Shown: positions 17,661 to 25,257 of the stretch, piece by piece
Numbering within the stretch: position 1 is the stretch's first letter
How the letters are laid out: the number at the start of each line of letters is the position of its first letter
Assembly (NCBI GenBank): GCA_019510405.1
Contig: JAEKKK010000058.1
Coordinates: 1-39,634, forward strand
Source: Gemmatimonadota bacterium
Lineage (GTDB): Bacteria; Gemmatimonadota; Gemmatimonadetes; Gemmatimonadales; Gemmatimonadaceae
Length of the DNA: 39,634 bases
Direction: 5' to 3'
The notes under the pieces: generated by a model
Databases searched by the model: none
Told to the model about the DNA's origin: nothing
Seen by the model: the letters and a program-made list of their open reading frames with translations, nothing else
Program-made: the position numbers and the translations under genes

Positions 17661-19058
17661 TCACCCCATCCTGAAGAGCTCGATGCTCACCGGCTCCGGG
17701 GGAGCCAATGCATCTTCGATTCGGAGTCGCACCTGTCGGATGGGCGCGACGGATTCGATGCGCTCCAGCCAGCAGTGGCCGATCGTCGTCCCGCTACCTA
17801 TCGGTTGCCAACCCTGCGCGGTCTTCCCCTCGAGCGTGTAGCGCGCCACCCGCTGCCCGCGAGCGATGTCCTCGCCGAGCCGCACGACCCGGGGGGCCGC
17901 CGCGCTGCCGAGCGACCACTCCCCCACCGCGGTTCGGTCGCCCGTCCTGCGCCAGCTCAATCGGGTGAGTGGAATGATCGACGCGCGCATCGTCTCCAGC
18001 CGCCGATGCAGGCCGACGAGTCGTGCCGCATCCGTATCGTGGAGCAACCCGTCGCGGGTGGGCGGGACGTTCAGCAGGAGCTTGGCGTTCCGCCCCACGG
18101 AGGTAAAGTAGAGTTGGACGAGGTTGTCCTCGGTGCGCACCGCGCCGTCCTGCGCCGGGTGGTAGAACCAGCCGGGGCGGATCGACACGTCCACCTCCGC
18201 GGGGCGCCAGACCGATCCCGTCGGATTTCCATGCTGGAGCGCCGGCCCTACAGCGTCGTCGCTCTGCCCCGGGAATCGGACGATTGCGGGATCGACCGGG
18301 GACCAGTTCGGCTCGCCCGCCACGCCGCGCTCGTTGCCGCACCAGCGGACGTCCGGGCCCGCGTCGGAGAAGATCACCGCGTCGGGCTGGAGCCGTCGAA
18401 CGAGCCCCCACACCCGCGGCCAGTCGTAGACCTGGCGGCGGCCATTCGGCCCCTCGCCGTTGGCGCCGTCGAACCAGACCTCCGAGATCGTGCCGTATCG
18501 CGTCAGGAGCTCGGTGAGCTGCGTAGCGTAGACGTCGTTGTAGGCGGGTGAGTCCCCGTAGGTCGGGTGGTTCCGGTCCCACGGCGAGAGGTAAAGCCCA
18601 GCGCGCAGCCCCTCTGCCGCGCACGCGTCGACGAACTCGCGGACGACGTCACCCTGCCCGCCGCGGAAAGGGCTGGCTGCAACGGAGTGGCGCGTCGTGG
18701 TGGTGGGCCAGAGGCAGAAGCCGTCATGATGCTTCGCCGTGAGGATCAGTGCCCGGAAGCCGGCCGCCTTCGCCGTGCGAGCCCACTGTCGGGCGTCGAG
18801 GCGAGCGGGATTGAAGATGGCTGGATCCTCCTTGCCGTCTCCCCATTCCCGGTCGGTGAAGGTGTTCACCCCGAAATGGAGGAACATGGCCAGCTCGTCG
18901 CGCTGCCAGGTGAGCTGCGACCGGCTCGGCAGCGCGAGCGGGCCATCCGGGCTCGAAGCTCGCGCGGCGAGCATCGGAGGCTGCGCCAGCCCCCGGATAC
19001 CGGGGCGGGCCGCGGCGAGCGAGAGCGCGCCGGCATGCAGGAAGGTTCGTCGATCCAT
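17661..19058 (-). CDS. Tat-exported alpha-L-fucosidase (GH29) with C-terminal beta-sandwich (F5/8 type C-like) domain
   Basis: Start is ATG at 19058 (MDRRTFLHAGALSLAAARP, twin-arginine motif RRTFL). GH29-type core reads FLHFGVNTFTDREWGDG, LILTAKHHDGFCLWPT, GLYLSPWDRNHP, VWFDGANGEG. The ORF-track extension to 19877 is a shadow over the opposite-strand barrel gene. Confidence 0.85.
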   Translation of the reverse strand: MDRRTFLHAGALSLAAARPGIRGLAQPPMLAARASSPDGPLALPSRSQLTWQRDELAMFLHFGVNTFTDREWGDGKEDPAIFNPARLDARQWARTAKAAGFRALILTAKHHDGFCLWPTTTTRHSVAASPFRGGQGDVVREFVDACAAEGLRAGLYLSPWDRNHPTYGDSPAYNDVYATQLTELLTRYGTISEVWFDGANGEGPNGRRQVYDWPRVWGLVRRLQPDAVIFSDAGPDVRWCGNERGVAGEPNWSPVDPAIVRFPGQSDDAVGPALQHGNPTGSVWRPAEVDVSIRPGWFYHPAQDGAVRTEDNLVQLYFTSVGRNAKLLLNVPPTRDGLLHDTDAARLVGLHRRLETMRASIIPLTRLSWRRTGDRTAVGEWSLGSAAAPRVVRLGEDIARGQRVARYTLEGKTAQGWQPIGSGTTIGHCWLERIESVAPIRQVRLRIEDALAPPEPVSIELFRMG

Positions 19059-19079
19059 GCCCGAGGATAGCGCACCGGC

Positions 19080-19856
19080 ATGGCGACGCCAGGGCCGGCG
19101 TGGTCGGCCGACATCGGGATGAGCCGCAACGATTTTCCTGGCGGGCGCGTTTCCTTGTCGGCGCAGGTGGCCGGAAACGGGTACCTGTTCCACGCGCCGT
19201 ACGTCACCTTCAACATTCGCGGCGGGTACTCCGCCGCGAGCGCGGGCAGCGACGTGTTCGACGACGTCACGAGCCAGCTCACGCTGAACAAGCGCGATTT
19301 CGGCAGCCTCACCCTCGGCGGGGACGTGGCGTTCCGGATCACGTCGCACATCGACCTCGCGCTCGACGCCGGATACTCGCGCTCGAGCCACAAGTCGGAG
19401 TTCCGCGGCTTCGTGGGCGACGACAACCTGCCGATCGAGCAGACCACCACGTTCGAGCGCATCCCCCTCACGGCGAACCTCAAGGTCCATCTCGCGCCGA
19501 CCGGCCGCTCGATCGGCCATCTCGCGTGGATTCCGAGCCGGGTCGTGCCGTACGTCGGGGGCGGGGTCGGGGTGATGGCCTATCGGTTCCGGCAACAGGG
19601 CGAATTCATCGACTTCAACGCGACCACGAACAACATCTTCCCGGCCACGCTCGACACCCAGGAGGACGGCAAGGACTGGGCGTTCATGCAGCAGGTGATG
19701 GCCGGCGTGGAGTACAACTTTTCCCCGATGTTCGGGGTGACCCTCGACGCCCGGTATCTGCACGGCCGCGGCGACCTGGGCCCCGCGTTCAGCGGCTACG
19801 ACAAGATCGACCTGTCCGGGGCGTCCGCCACGGTCGGGTTTTCCATGAGACTCTAG
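19080..19856 (+). CDS. Outer-membrane beta-barrel-like protein lacking a signal peptide (possibly 5'-truncated)
   Basis: Alternating amphipathic strands run through the sequence (VTFNIRGGYSAA, LTLGGDVAFRITSHIDLALDAGYS, VPYVGGGVGVMAYRF, AGVEYNFSPMFGVTLDARYLH, ASATVGFSMRL). The N-terminus MATPGPAWSADIGMSRND is not a signal peptide. An in-frame TAG lies 9 nt upstream of the ATG. Confidence 0.5.
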   Translation: MATPGPAWSADIGMSRNDFPGGRVSLSAQVAGNGYLFHAPYVTFNIRGGYSAASAGSDVFDDVTSQLTLNKRDFGSLTLGGDVAFRITSHIDLALDAGYSRSSHKSEFRGFVGDDNLPIEQTTTFERIPLTANLKVHLAPTGRSIGHLAWIPSRVVPYVGGGVGVMAYRFRQQGEFIDFNATTNNIFPATLDTQEDGKDWAFMQQVMAGVEYNFSPMFGVTLDARYLHGRGDLGPAFSGYDKIDLSGASATVGFSMRL

Positions 19857-19880
19857 GCTTCGTTGATGAGGACACATTCA

Positions 19881-21128
19881 ATGAACGTCACGATGAAGCG
19901 CGGCGTCGCCATGCTCGGGATCCTCGCAATGACCGCAACGGCGGCGGGTGCACAGCAGGCACGCGTGGGACCGAAGTGGGTGGCCTGGGTCGGCTGCTGG
20001 ACGGCGTCGCCGGCGGGCGAGTCGGCATTCGTCCCTGCACCGGCGAGTGGTCCAGTCGTGTGCATCACGCCCTCCGCGTCGGGCGATGCGGCGGACTTCA
20101 CCACGGTGGACAGCGGGAAGGTCGTCTCGACGCAGCGCATCGACGCGAGCGGCGTCGAAGCCCGCGTCGACGCGACGGGATGCACCGGCACTCAGCGCGC
20201 TAACTGGTCGGCGGACGAGCGCCGGATCTACCTCCGCTCCGCTTCGAACTGCAATGGGGTGAACTCCACGACCTCCGCCATTCTCGCGATCTCGGCCTCC
20301 GGGGAGTGGCTCGACATCCACGACGTGAAGAGCTACGGCAGCGACAACGTGCGCGTGGCGCGCTATCGCGATGCGGGGATCCCGGCGGCACTGCCGGCGC
20401 AGATCGCGAGCGTGCTGCGCGAGCGCGGGGTCGGCGTGGAGGCGGCGCGCATGGCGGCGGGCGGGGACGTGGGACCGACGGCCGTGATCGAGGCATCGCG
20501 CGCAGCGGACAGCCTGGTCGTTGCGGCGTGGCTGACGGAGCGCGAGCAGCACTTCCACGTCGACGCGAAGACGCTCGTGCAGCTGGCCGAGGCGGGGGTG
20601 CCGGGCGCCGTGACCGACGTGCTCGTCGCGGCTTCCAACCCGGGCGTGTTTCAGTTCGCTCGCGCGGCGCAACCAGAGGATCGCGGCACGACCATCTACA
20701 CGGACGCAGGAGAGCGCCGCCGCCGCGTCTCGGCGATGGGCGAGCCGTACGATCCGTGGAGCTGGGGCTCGCTCGGCTACGGATATCCGATCGGCTACGG
20801 CTACGGCAGCCTTGGATACGGGAGGTACGGCTACAACGGATACGGCTACGGTTATGGCGGCTACTACGGCGGCTACGTGCCCCCGATCGTCGTCGTGACA
20901 TCGGGGACGCAGTCGCGCGGACAGATGGTCAAGGGCCGCGGCTACACGCAGACACAGGGCAGCTCGACGGGCTCCGCCTCCGAGCGGCCGCGCAGCACGT
21001 ACACGCCGCCGCCACCCTCGACGTCGTCGTCGGGCAGCAGCGCGTCGTCGGGCAGCTCTTCCTCCGGCAGCTCCTCGTCCGGAAGCTCGTCGAGTGGAGG
21101 CTCGCGGACGGCGAAGCCACGCCCCTGA
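19881..21128 (+). CDS. Secreted protein with Cys-containing N-domain, Gly-Tyr-rich segment and Ser-rich tail
   Basis: ATG at 19881 has GAGGA 8 nt upstream; alternative starts are at 19866 and 19893. Signal peptide is MKRGVAMLGILAMTATAAGAQQ. The low-complexity block SLGYGYPIGYGYGSLGYGRYGYNGYGYGYGGYYGGY is followed by STSSSGSSASSGSSSSGSSSSGSSSSGGS. A terminator hairpin follows the gene. Confidence 0.7.
   Translation: MNVTMKRGVAMLGILAMTATAAGAQQARVGPKWVAWVGCWTASPAGESAFVPAPASGPVVCITPSASGDAADFTTVDSGKVVSTQRIDASGVEARVDATGCTGTQRANWSADERRIYLRSASNCNGVNSTTSAILAISASGEWLDIHDVKSYGSDNVRVARYRDAGIPAALPAQIASVLRERGVGVEAARMAAGGDVGPTAVIEASRAADSLVVAAWLTEREQHFHVDAKTLVQLAEAGVPGAVTDVLVAASNPGVFQFARAAQPEDRGTTIYTDAGERRRRVSAMGEPYDPWSWGSLGYGYPIGYGYGSLGYGRYGYNGYGYGYGGYYGGYVPPIVVVTSGTQSRGQMVKGRGYTQTQGSSTGSASERPRSTYTPPPPSTSSSGSSASSGSSSSGSSSSGSSSSGGSRTAKPRP
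20748..20879 (+). repeat. Coding low-complexity Gly-Tyr repeat (GYGY...)
   Basis: Imperfect reiteration of ggctacggc/ggatacggc units in the nucleotide sequence, translated as YDPWSWGSLGYGYPIGYGYGSLGYGRYGYNGYGYGYGGYYGGY. Confidence 0.8.
20958..21104 (+). repeat. Coding Ser/Gly-rich low-complexity repeat
   Basis: Reiterated tcgtcgtcgggcagc-type units, translated as GSSTGSAS...STSSSGSSASSGSSSSGSSSSGSSSSGGS. Confidence 0.75.
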
Positions 21129-21158
21129 GTCGAACGCTTCGTAGGTGACATCACGCGC

Positions 21159-21189
21159 AGGGGTGCCGACGAATGTCGGCACCCCTTTG
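21159..21189 (+). terminator. Rho-independent-type terminator after the GY-rich gene
   Basis: 12-bp perfect stem AGGGGTGCCGAC/GTCGGCACCCCT (21159-21170 and 21175-21186) with loop GAAT, followed by TTGTG. Confidence 0.6.
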
Positions 21190-21267
21190 TGCAGCGTGGG
21201 TCGCGACCGCTCCGCACCGCCGCATCCGCGTCGCGCGGCGGCCACGCCCTCCGCTGAAATTGCGCCG

Positions 21268-21954
21268 ATGCTGCGTGCGTCACAGTTTCACCTGGTGCAT
21301 CCAACCCAGATCAGCGTCGATCCGCATCCTCTTCTGCGGGTGGCCGTCTTCTCGACCAGCTTCCCGGTCGCAGTTGGCGACCTGGCGACGCCCCCTGCGC
21401 TGACCGACGCGCTCCGTCTCGACGCCCCTGCTCCACTCGAGCGCGACGAGGCGGTGCGAGGCGCGGTGCGCGACCTGCTGCGTCACGGCGGCTACAAACC
21501 GACCGGGCGCGGGAAGCCGGCGTCCGAGTATCTCGTGCGCGCCGCGACGGAGGGCGCGCTCGGCTCCATCAACGCGGCGGTGGACGCGTGCAACGCGGTC
21601 TCGCTGCACAGCGGTCTCCCGATCAGCGTCGTGGACCTCGATCGCGCGACCGCACCGTTCCGCATCGGGATCGCCCCGGACGGTACGTCGTACGTGTTCA
21701 ACGCGTCGGGTCAGGAGATCGACGTCGGTGGACTGCTCTGCCTGTTCGATGCGGAGGGCGCGTGCGCGAATGCCGTGCGCGATTCACAGCGCACCAAGAC
21801 GCGCGCCGAAACACGGTCGACACTCAGCGTGGTGTGGGGATGTGTCGGGTTCGAGGAGCGGCTCGCGATCGCGGAGCGGTGGTACCGCGAGCTGCTCGGC
21901 GCACTCGGCGCCACGACCGAGCCGGTGGTCTCTTCGACAGGAGCTGTGGCGTGA
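21268..21954 (+). CDS. B3/B4 (tRNA-binding-like) domain protein
   Basis: Start is ATG at 21268, downstream of the terminator at 21159-21189. Motifs resemble the PheT B3_4 domain family (RDLLRHGGYKPTGRGKPASEYL, GSINAAVDACNAVSLHSGLPISVVDLD, LFDAEGACANAVRDSQRTKT). The stop overlaps the PadR start as GTGA. Confidence 0.65.
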   Translation: MLRASQFHLVHPTQISVDPHPLLRVAVFSTSFPVAVGDLATPPALTDALRLDAPAPLERDEAVRGAVRDLLRHGGYKPTGRGKPASEYLVRAATEGALGSINAAVDACNAVSLHSGLPISVVDLDRATAPFRIGIAPDGTSYVFNASGQEIDVGGLLCLFDAEGACANAVRDSQRTKTRAETRSTLSVVWGCVGFEERLAIAERWYRELLGALGATTEPVVSSTGAVA

Positions 21955-22280
21955 TCAAGTCGCTCGACGTGATCCAGGGAACGCTGGATCTGATCATCCT
22001 GAAGGCGCTCGCGCTGGAGTCCGGTCACGGGTGGGGCATCAGTGACCGGATCAGGGAGATGTCCAACGACGTATTCAAGGTTGGCCAGGGCTCGCTCTAT
22101 CCGGCCCTGCACCGATTCGAGCAGCGTGGATGGGTCACGTCCTACTGGAAGCCCTCGAAGAACAATCGCCTCGCGCGCTACTATCAGCTCACGGCAGCAG
22201 GGCGACACGCACTGGCGCAGGAGATCGAATCGTGGCGCTTCTATGCGGAGGCCGTGGAGCGCGTCATCACGACGGAATGA
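21951..22280 (+). CDS. PadR-family transcriptional regulator
   Basis: GTG start at 21951 (VIKSLDVIQGTLDLIILKALALESGHGWGISDRIREMSNDVFKVGQGSLYPALHRFEQRGWVTSYW...RYYQLTAAGRHAL). This is a canonical PadR winged-helix sequence. Confidence 0.85.
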   Translation: MIKSLDVIQGTLDLIILKALALESGHGWGISDRIREMSNDVFKVGQGSLYPALHRFEQRGWVTSYWKPSKNNRLARYYQLTAAGRHALAQEIESWRFYAEAVERVITTE

Positions 22281-22490
22281 TCACCGTGCCTTGCGGAGGA
22301 ACTTCTCCAGATCGGCGATGATCTTCTTCTGATTCTTCAGGATCGCCTGCTGGTTGCGAATGATCTTCATCTGGTTGCCGACGATCGGACGCAGGCGCTG
22401 CTGATTGTGGAGGATCTTGTTCTGGTTCGCGATGATCGTGCGGTTGCTCGAGATGATCTTCTGCTGATTCCTGACCGTGGCATGAGCCAT
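22281..22490 (-). CDS. Small (69 aa) heptad-repeat coiled-coil protein, Asn/Gln/Ile-rich
   Basis: Start is ATG at 22490 with GGAG 7 nt upstream. Sequence is MAHATVRNQQKIISSNRTIIANQNKILHNQQRLRPIVGNQMKIIRNQQAILKNQKKIIADLEKFLRKAR, about 8 heptads of x-N-Q-x-K-I-I. Local GC is clearly lower than the surroundings. The stop abuts the convergent PadR stop (TGATCA). Confidence 0.6.
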   Translation of the reverse strand: MAHATVRNQQKIISSNRTIIANQNKILHNQQRLRPIVGNQMKIIRNQQAILKNQKKIIADLEKFLRKAR

Positions 22491-22605
22491 GGACACGCTC
22501 CGAGTGTGAGATCCGTCGTTCGGCGATGACGAGGCCGATTCTCGCCGGCGTACATTAAACGGAGGACGCCCGCCGAGGGCAAGGTGGTGCGCAGAACGCA
22601 GGATA

Positions 22606-23209
22606 CTATCTGCCTTCGGCCACGCGCTGCCAGAACTTCGGCAGATAGCCGGCACGCGGCAGTCGGCGCGCCTGGGTATCGTCGCTCAGCGATTCGAGCA
22701 TCGTCGACAGCGAGACTCCGTGCGTGGGACGGAAGACGATCTCGATGGCGTCACCCGCACCGACGTCTCCCTCTTGCACGACGCGCAGGTACGCACCCAT
22801 CCGGCCCACGTGCTGGAATCGCTGCGGAAAGCGCGGATCGCCGAGTCGTATGCCGAGCTTGTAGCATGGGAGGCGGATCTGTGCCACTTCGAGCACCGTG
22901 GATCCGACGCGCCAGCGTTCGCCGATGAGGGCCGCCGCGAGGTCGAGGCCCTCGACGGTGCTCAAGCCCCTCGCTCGCCTTCCAGTACTCGTAGTCCTCG
23001 CGCGCGTAGGCGTAGACGGCCTTGTCGGGACCTCCGTGCACGGTGCGATCGGCCTGGTCGTCTCCGGCGAGGTTCACACCGCGGAGCGCGACGCGCCCGA
23101 CGACAGGGGATTTCCAGATCGCGGTCGACACCACCTCACCGCGCCACGCCACGTCGCGGACGGGACCGACGTTCACGGAAAGCACGCGCGCTGGAACAGG
23201 CGCGTCCAT
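22606..23209 (-). pseudogene. MOSC-domain protein (YiiM-like), disrupted by a frameshift/internal deletion
   Basis: The N-part (23209 to about 22970) reads MDAPVPARVLSVNVGPVRDV...VNLAGDDQADRTVHGGPDKAVYAYAREDYEYWKASEG. The C-part is in another frame (about 22965-22606): LSTVEGLDLAAALIGERWRVGSTVLEVAQIRLPCYKLG.... Total length is 604 nt, not a multiple of 3. The conserved FGEN segment expected between the two parts is missing. Confidence 0.6.
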
Positions 23210-23228
23210 CAGGAGCGAACGACGCGCA

Positions 23229-24338
23229 TCAATTCACGTCGATCTGCACCGAGCCACTCGTCCCGCCGGACGGTAACGTCTGAGCCGTGATCGTCACGCT
23301 CCCCGAGCGTTTCCCCGTCACGGCGCCACTCGCGGACACCGAGGCGATGGCGCTGTTGGAGCTCGCCCAGTAGAAAATCTGGTTCGGCACGGTGTTTCCC
23401 TGGTTGTCCTTCGCGGTCGCGGTGAGCTGCATCGAGGCTCTGACGGCGAGCTTCTGCGATGGCGCGGAGACCGTCACGGTCTCCACCGGCCCCGGGATGA
23501 CAGTGATCTTCGCGGTGCCCTTCACACTGCCGACGCTCGCCGTGATCGTCGCAACGCCCGACTTCGACGTCGTCACGACGCCTCCATTCACCGAGGCGAC
23601 GGCCGGCTGGTCGCTCGACCAGGTGACCGTCTGGCCGGAGACCAGGTTCCCCTTCGCGTCCTTGGGTAAGGCGACGAGCGCTTGTGACTGCCCTGCCTGG
23701 AGTGTGAGCGTCCCAGGGTTGACGTCGACGCGAACGACGGGCTCCGGCGAAACGGTCACCGTCGCGGTGCCCGACTTGCCCTCGCTGCCGGCGGTGATCG
23801 TCGCGGTCCCGACGGCGATCCCGGTGACGAGACCCGAGCCGTTCACGGTCGCCACGCCGGCGTTGCTCGTCGCCCATGCAATCGCCCGATCGGTCAACGC
23901 GGTCCCGTTGGCATCGAGGGCTGACGCCGAGAGCTGCGCGGTTGCGCCGACGATGACGTCGACACGACCGGGGAGCATCATGACCGTCGCGACGGGCACC
24001 TTCGTGACCGTGATCGTCGCGAGCCCGGACTTTCCGAGCGCGTTCGCGGCCACTTGCGACGTGCCGAGCGCGAGTCCGGTGACGACGCCCACGGCGGATA
24101 CGCTCACGATCTTGGGGTCCTGCACCGTCCACGTCACCGTCGCGCCGGGAACGACCGCGCCCGACCCGTCCCGCACCTCCGCCTGCAGGGGGAGCTGCGT
24201 GTTGAGCACGATCGTCGACGTGGCCGGGCTCACGACGATCCCCGCCACCCCGTCCGTCGCGTCGGGCGCCGTGCTGCCACACGACCACCCCGAAAGCGCG
24301 ACCGCCACGATCGCGATCGCCAGCGTGCTCCTCGACAT
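23229..24338 (-). CDS. Lipoprotein with 4 Big_2 domains (paralog B)
   Basis: AGGAG lies 7 nt upstream of the ATG at 24338. N-terminus is MSRSTLAIAIVAVALSGWSCGS. Domains 1-2 and the last two domains align with domains 1, 2, 7 and 8 of paralog A. The protein ends GGTSGSVQIDVN. Confidence 0.85.
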   Translation of the reverse strand: MSRSTLAIAIVAVALSGWSCGSTAPDATDGVAGIVVSPATSTIVLNTQLPLQAEVRDGSGAVVPGATVTWTVQDPKIVSVSAVGVVTGLALGTSQVAANALGKSGLATITVTKVPVATVMMLPGRVDVIVGATAQLSASALDANGTALTDRAIAWATSNAGVATVNGSGLVTGIAVGTATITAGSEGKSGTATVTVSPEPVVRVDVNPGTLTLQAGQSQALVALPKDAKGNLVSGQTVTWSSDQPAVASVNGGVVTTSKSGVATITASVGSVKGTAKITVIPGPVETVTVSAPSQKLAVRASMQLTATAKDNQGNTVPNQIFYWASSNSAIASVSASGAVTGKRSGSVTITAQTLPSGGTSGSVQIDVN

Positions 24339-24466
24339 GCCACCGCTCCTTCAGTGAGCGCAAAGACCGGCATGTGTAATATGGCGCGCCCGGCCGCTCA
24401 GCAAGCCGGAACCGGGGTCAGCAGGAAGCCGCGAAGTGCGCGGGGGCGCGTCGCCCGAACGGTCGT

Positions 24467-25075
24467 TTATCGGCCTCGTCGAACGGTTACCGTCACCGTG
24501 CTCGATTTCCCCTCACTCGCCGCGGTTACGGCCGCGGTTCCCACGGCGACGCCGGTAACCAGCCCCGAGCCATTCACCCTCGCGATGGCCGCGTGAGTCG
24601 TGGTCCATGTGATGGCCCGATCGGTCAACGCATTGCCGCTCGCGTCCTGAGCAGACGCCGAGAGTTGGTAGGTCGCACCGACCTTCAGGTCGAGCTGCGC
24701 CGGGAGCCCCACGATGTTCGCAACCGGAACCCTCGTCACGGTGATCTTCGCCAAGCCGGATTTTCCCAGCGCGTTGGCCGCCACCTGCGAGGTTCCCACG
24801 CCGAGCGCGGTGACGAGCCCGGTCGCCGACACGCTGACGATGCTCGGATCCTGCACCGTCCACGTGATCGTCGCGTCAGGGACGGTCGCGCCCGACCCGT
24901 CGTGCACCTCGGCCTGCAGTGGAAGTCGCGCGTTGAGCGCCATCGTCGAGCTGGCCGGGCTCACGACGATCGCGGCCACCTCCGGTGCCGCCTCGGGTTC
25001 CGTGCTGCCACACGACCAACCTGAAAGTCCGACCACGATCATCGTGGCCGCCAACGTCCGTCCGCTCCTCGACAT
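24467..25075 (-). CDS. Lipoprotein with 2 Big_2 domains (paralog C, lacks the family tail module)
   Basis: GGGGGAG lies upstream of the ATG at 25075. N-terminus is MSRSGRTLAATMIVVGLSGWSCGS. Domains 1 and 2 of the family are present, then an abrupt end ...SEGKSSTVTVTVRRGR with a TAA stop. Confidence 0.8.
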   Translation of the reverse strand: MSRSGRTLAATMIVVGLSGWSCGSTEPEAAPEVAAIVVSPASSTMALNARLPLQAEVHDGSGATVPDATITWTVQDPSIVSVSATGLVTALGVGTSQVAANALGKSGLAKITVTRVPVANIVGLPAQLDLKVGATYQLSASAQDASGNALTDRAITWTTTHAAIARVNGSGLVTGVAVGTAAVTAASEGKSSTVTVTVRRGR

Positions 25076-25202
25076 ACCGCCGCTCCCCCGCCCGCCGCCA
25101 TCTCACAGCTCCGCCATGAGAACATTCATGCGAGCTGTCCCTGGTTGATGCCGCGCATGCCAGGCATACGCAGTGCCGACGGAGTCACGGATGCAACGAA
25201 AG

Positions 25203-25229
25203 CCCGGCACTGCATGCGGCAGGGCCGGG
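25203..25229 (-). terminator. Possible terminator hairpin downstream of paralog D
   Basis: On the minus strand the sequence reads CCCGGCcCTGC-cgcat-GCAGtGCCGGG followed by CTTTCGTT. It lies about 30 nt after the stop of the 25258-25923 gene. Confidence 0.35.
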
Positions 25230-25257
25230 CGGCGAGGACGCGGCGATCACGAACGCG

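Noticed and set aside
19100-21245. 367-aa plus-strand (19100-20203) and 455-aa minus-strand (19878-21245) ORFs over the barrel and GY-rich genes.
   Set aside because: Their translations are Arg/Gly/Pro-rich with no structure. The competing frames give strand-periodic barrel sequence and a signal-peptide-bearing protein ending at a terminator hairpin.
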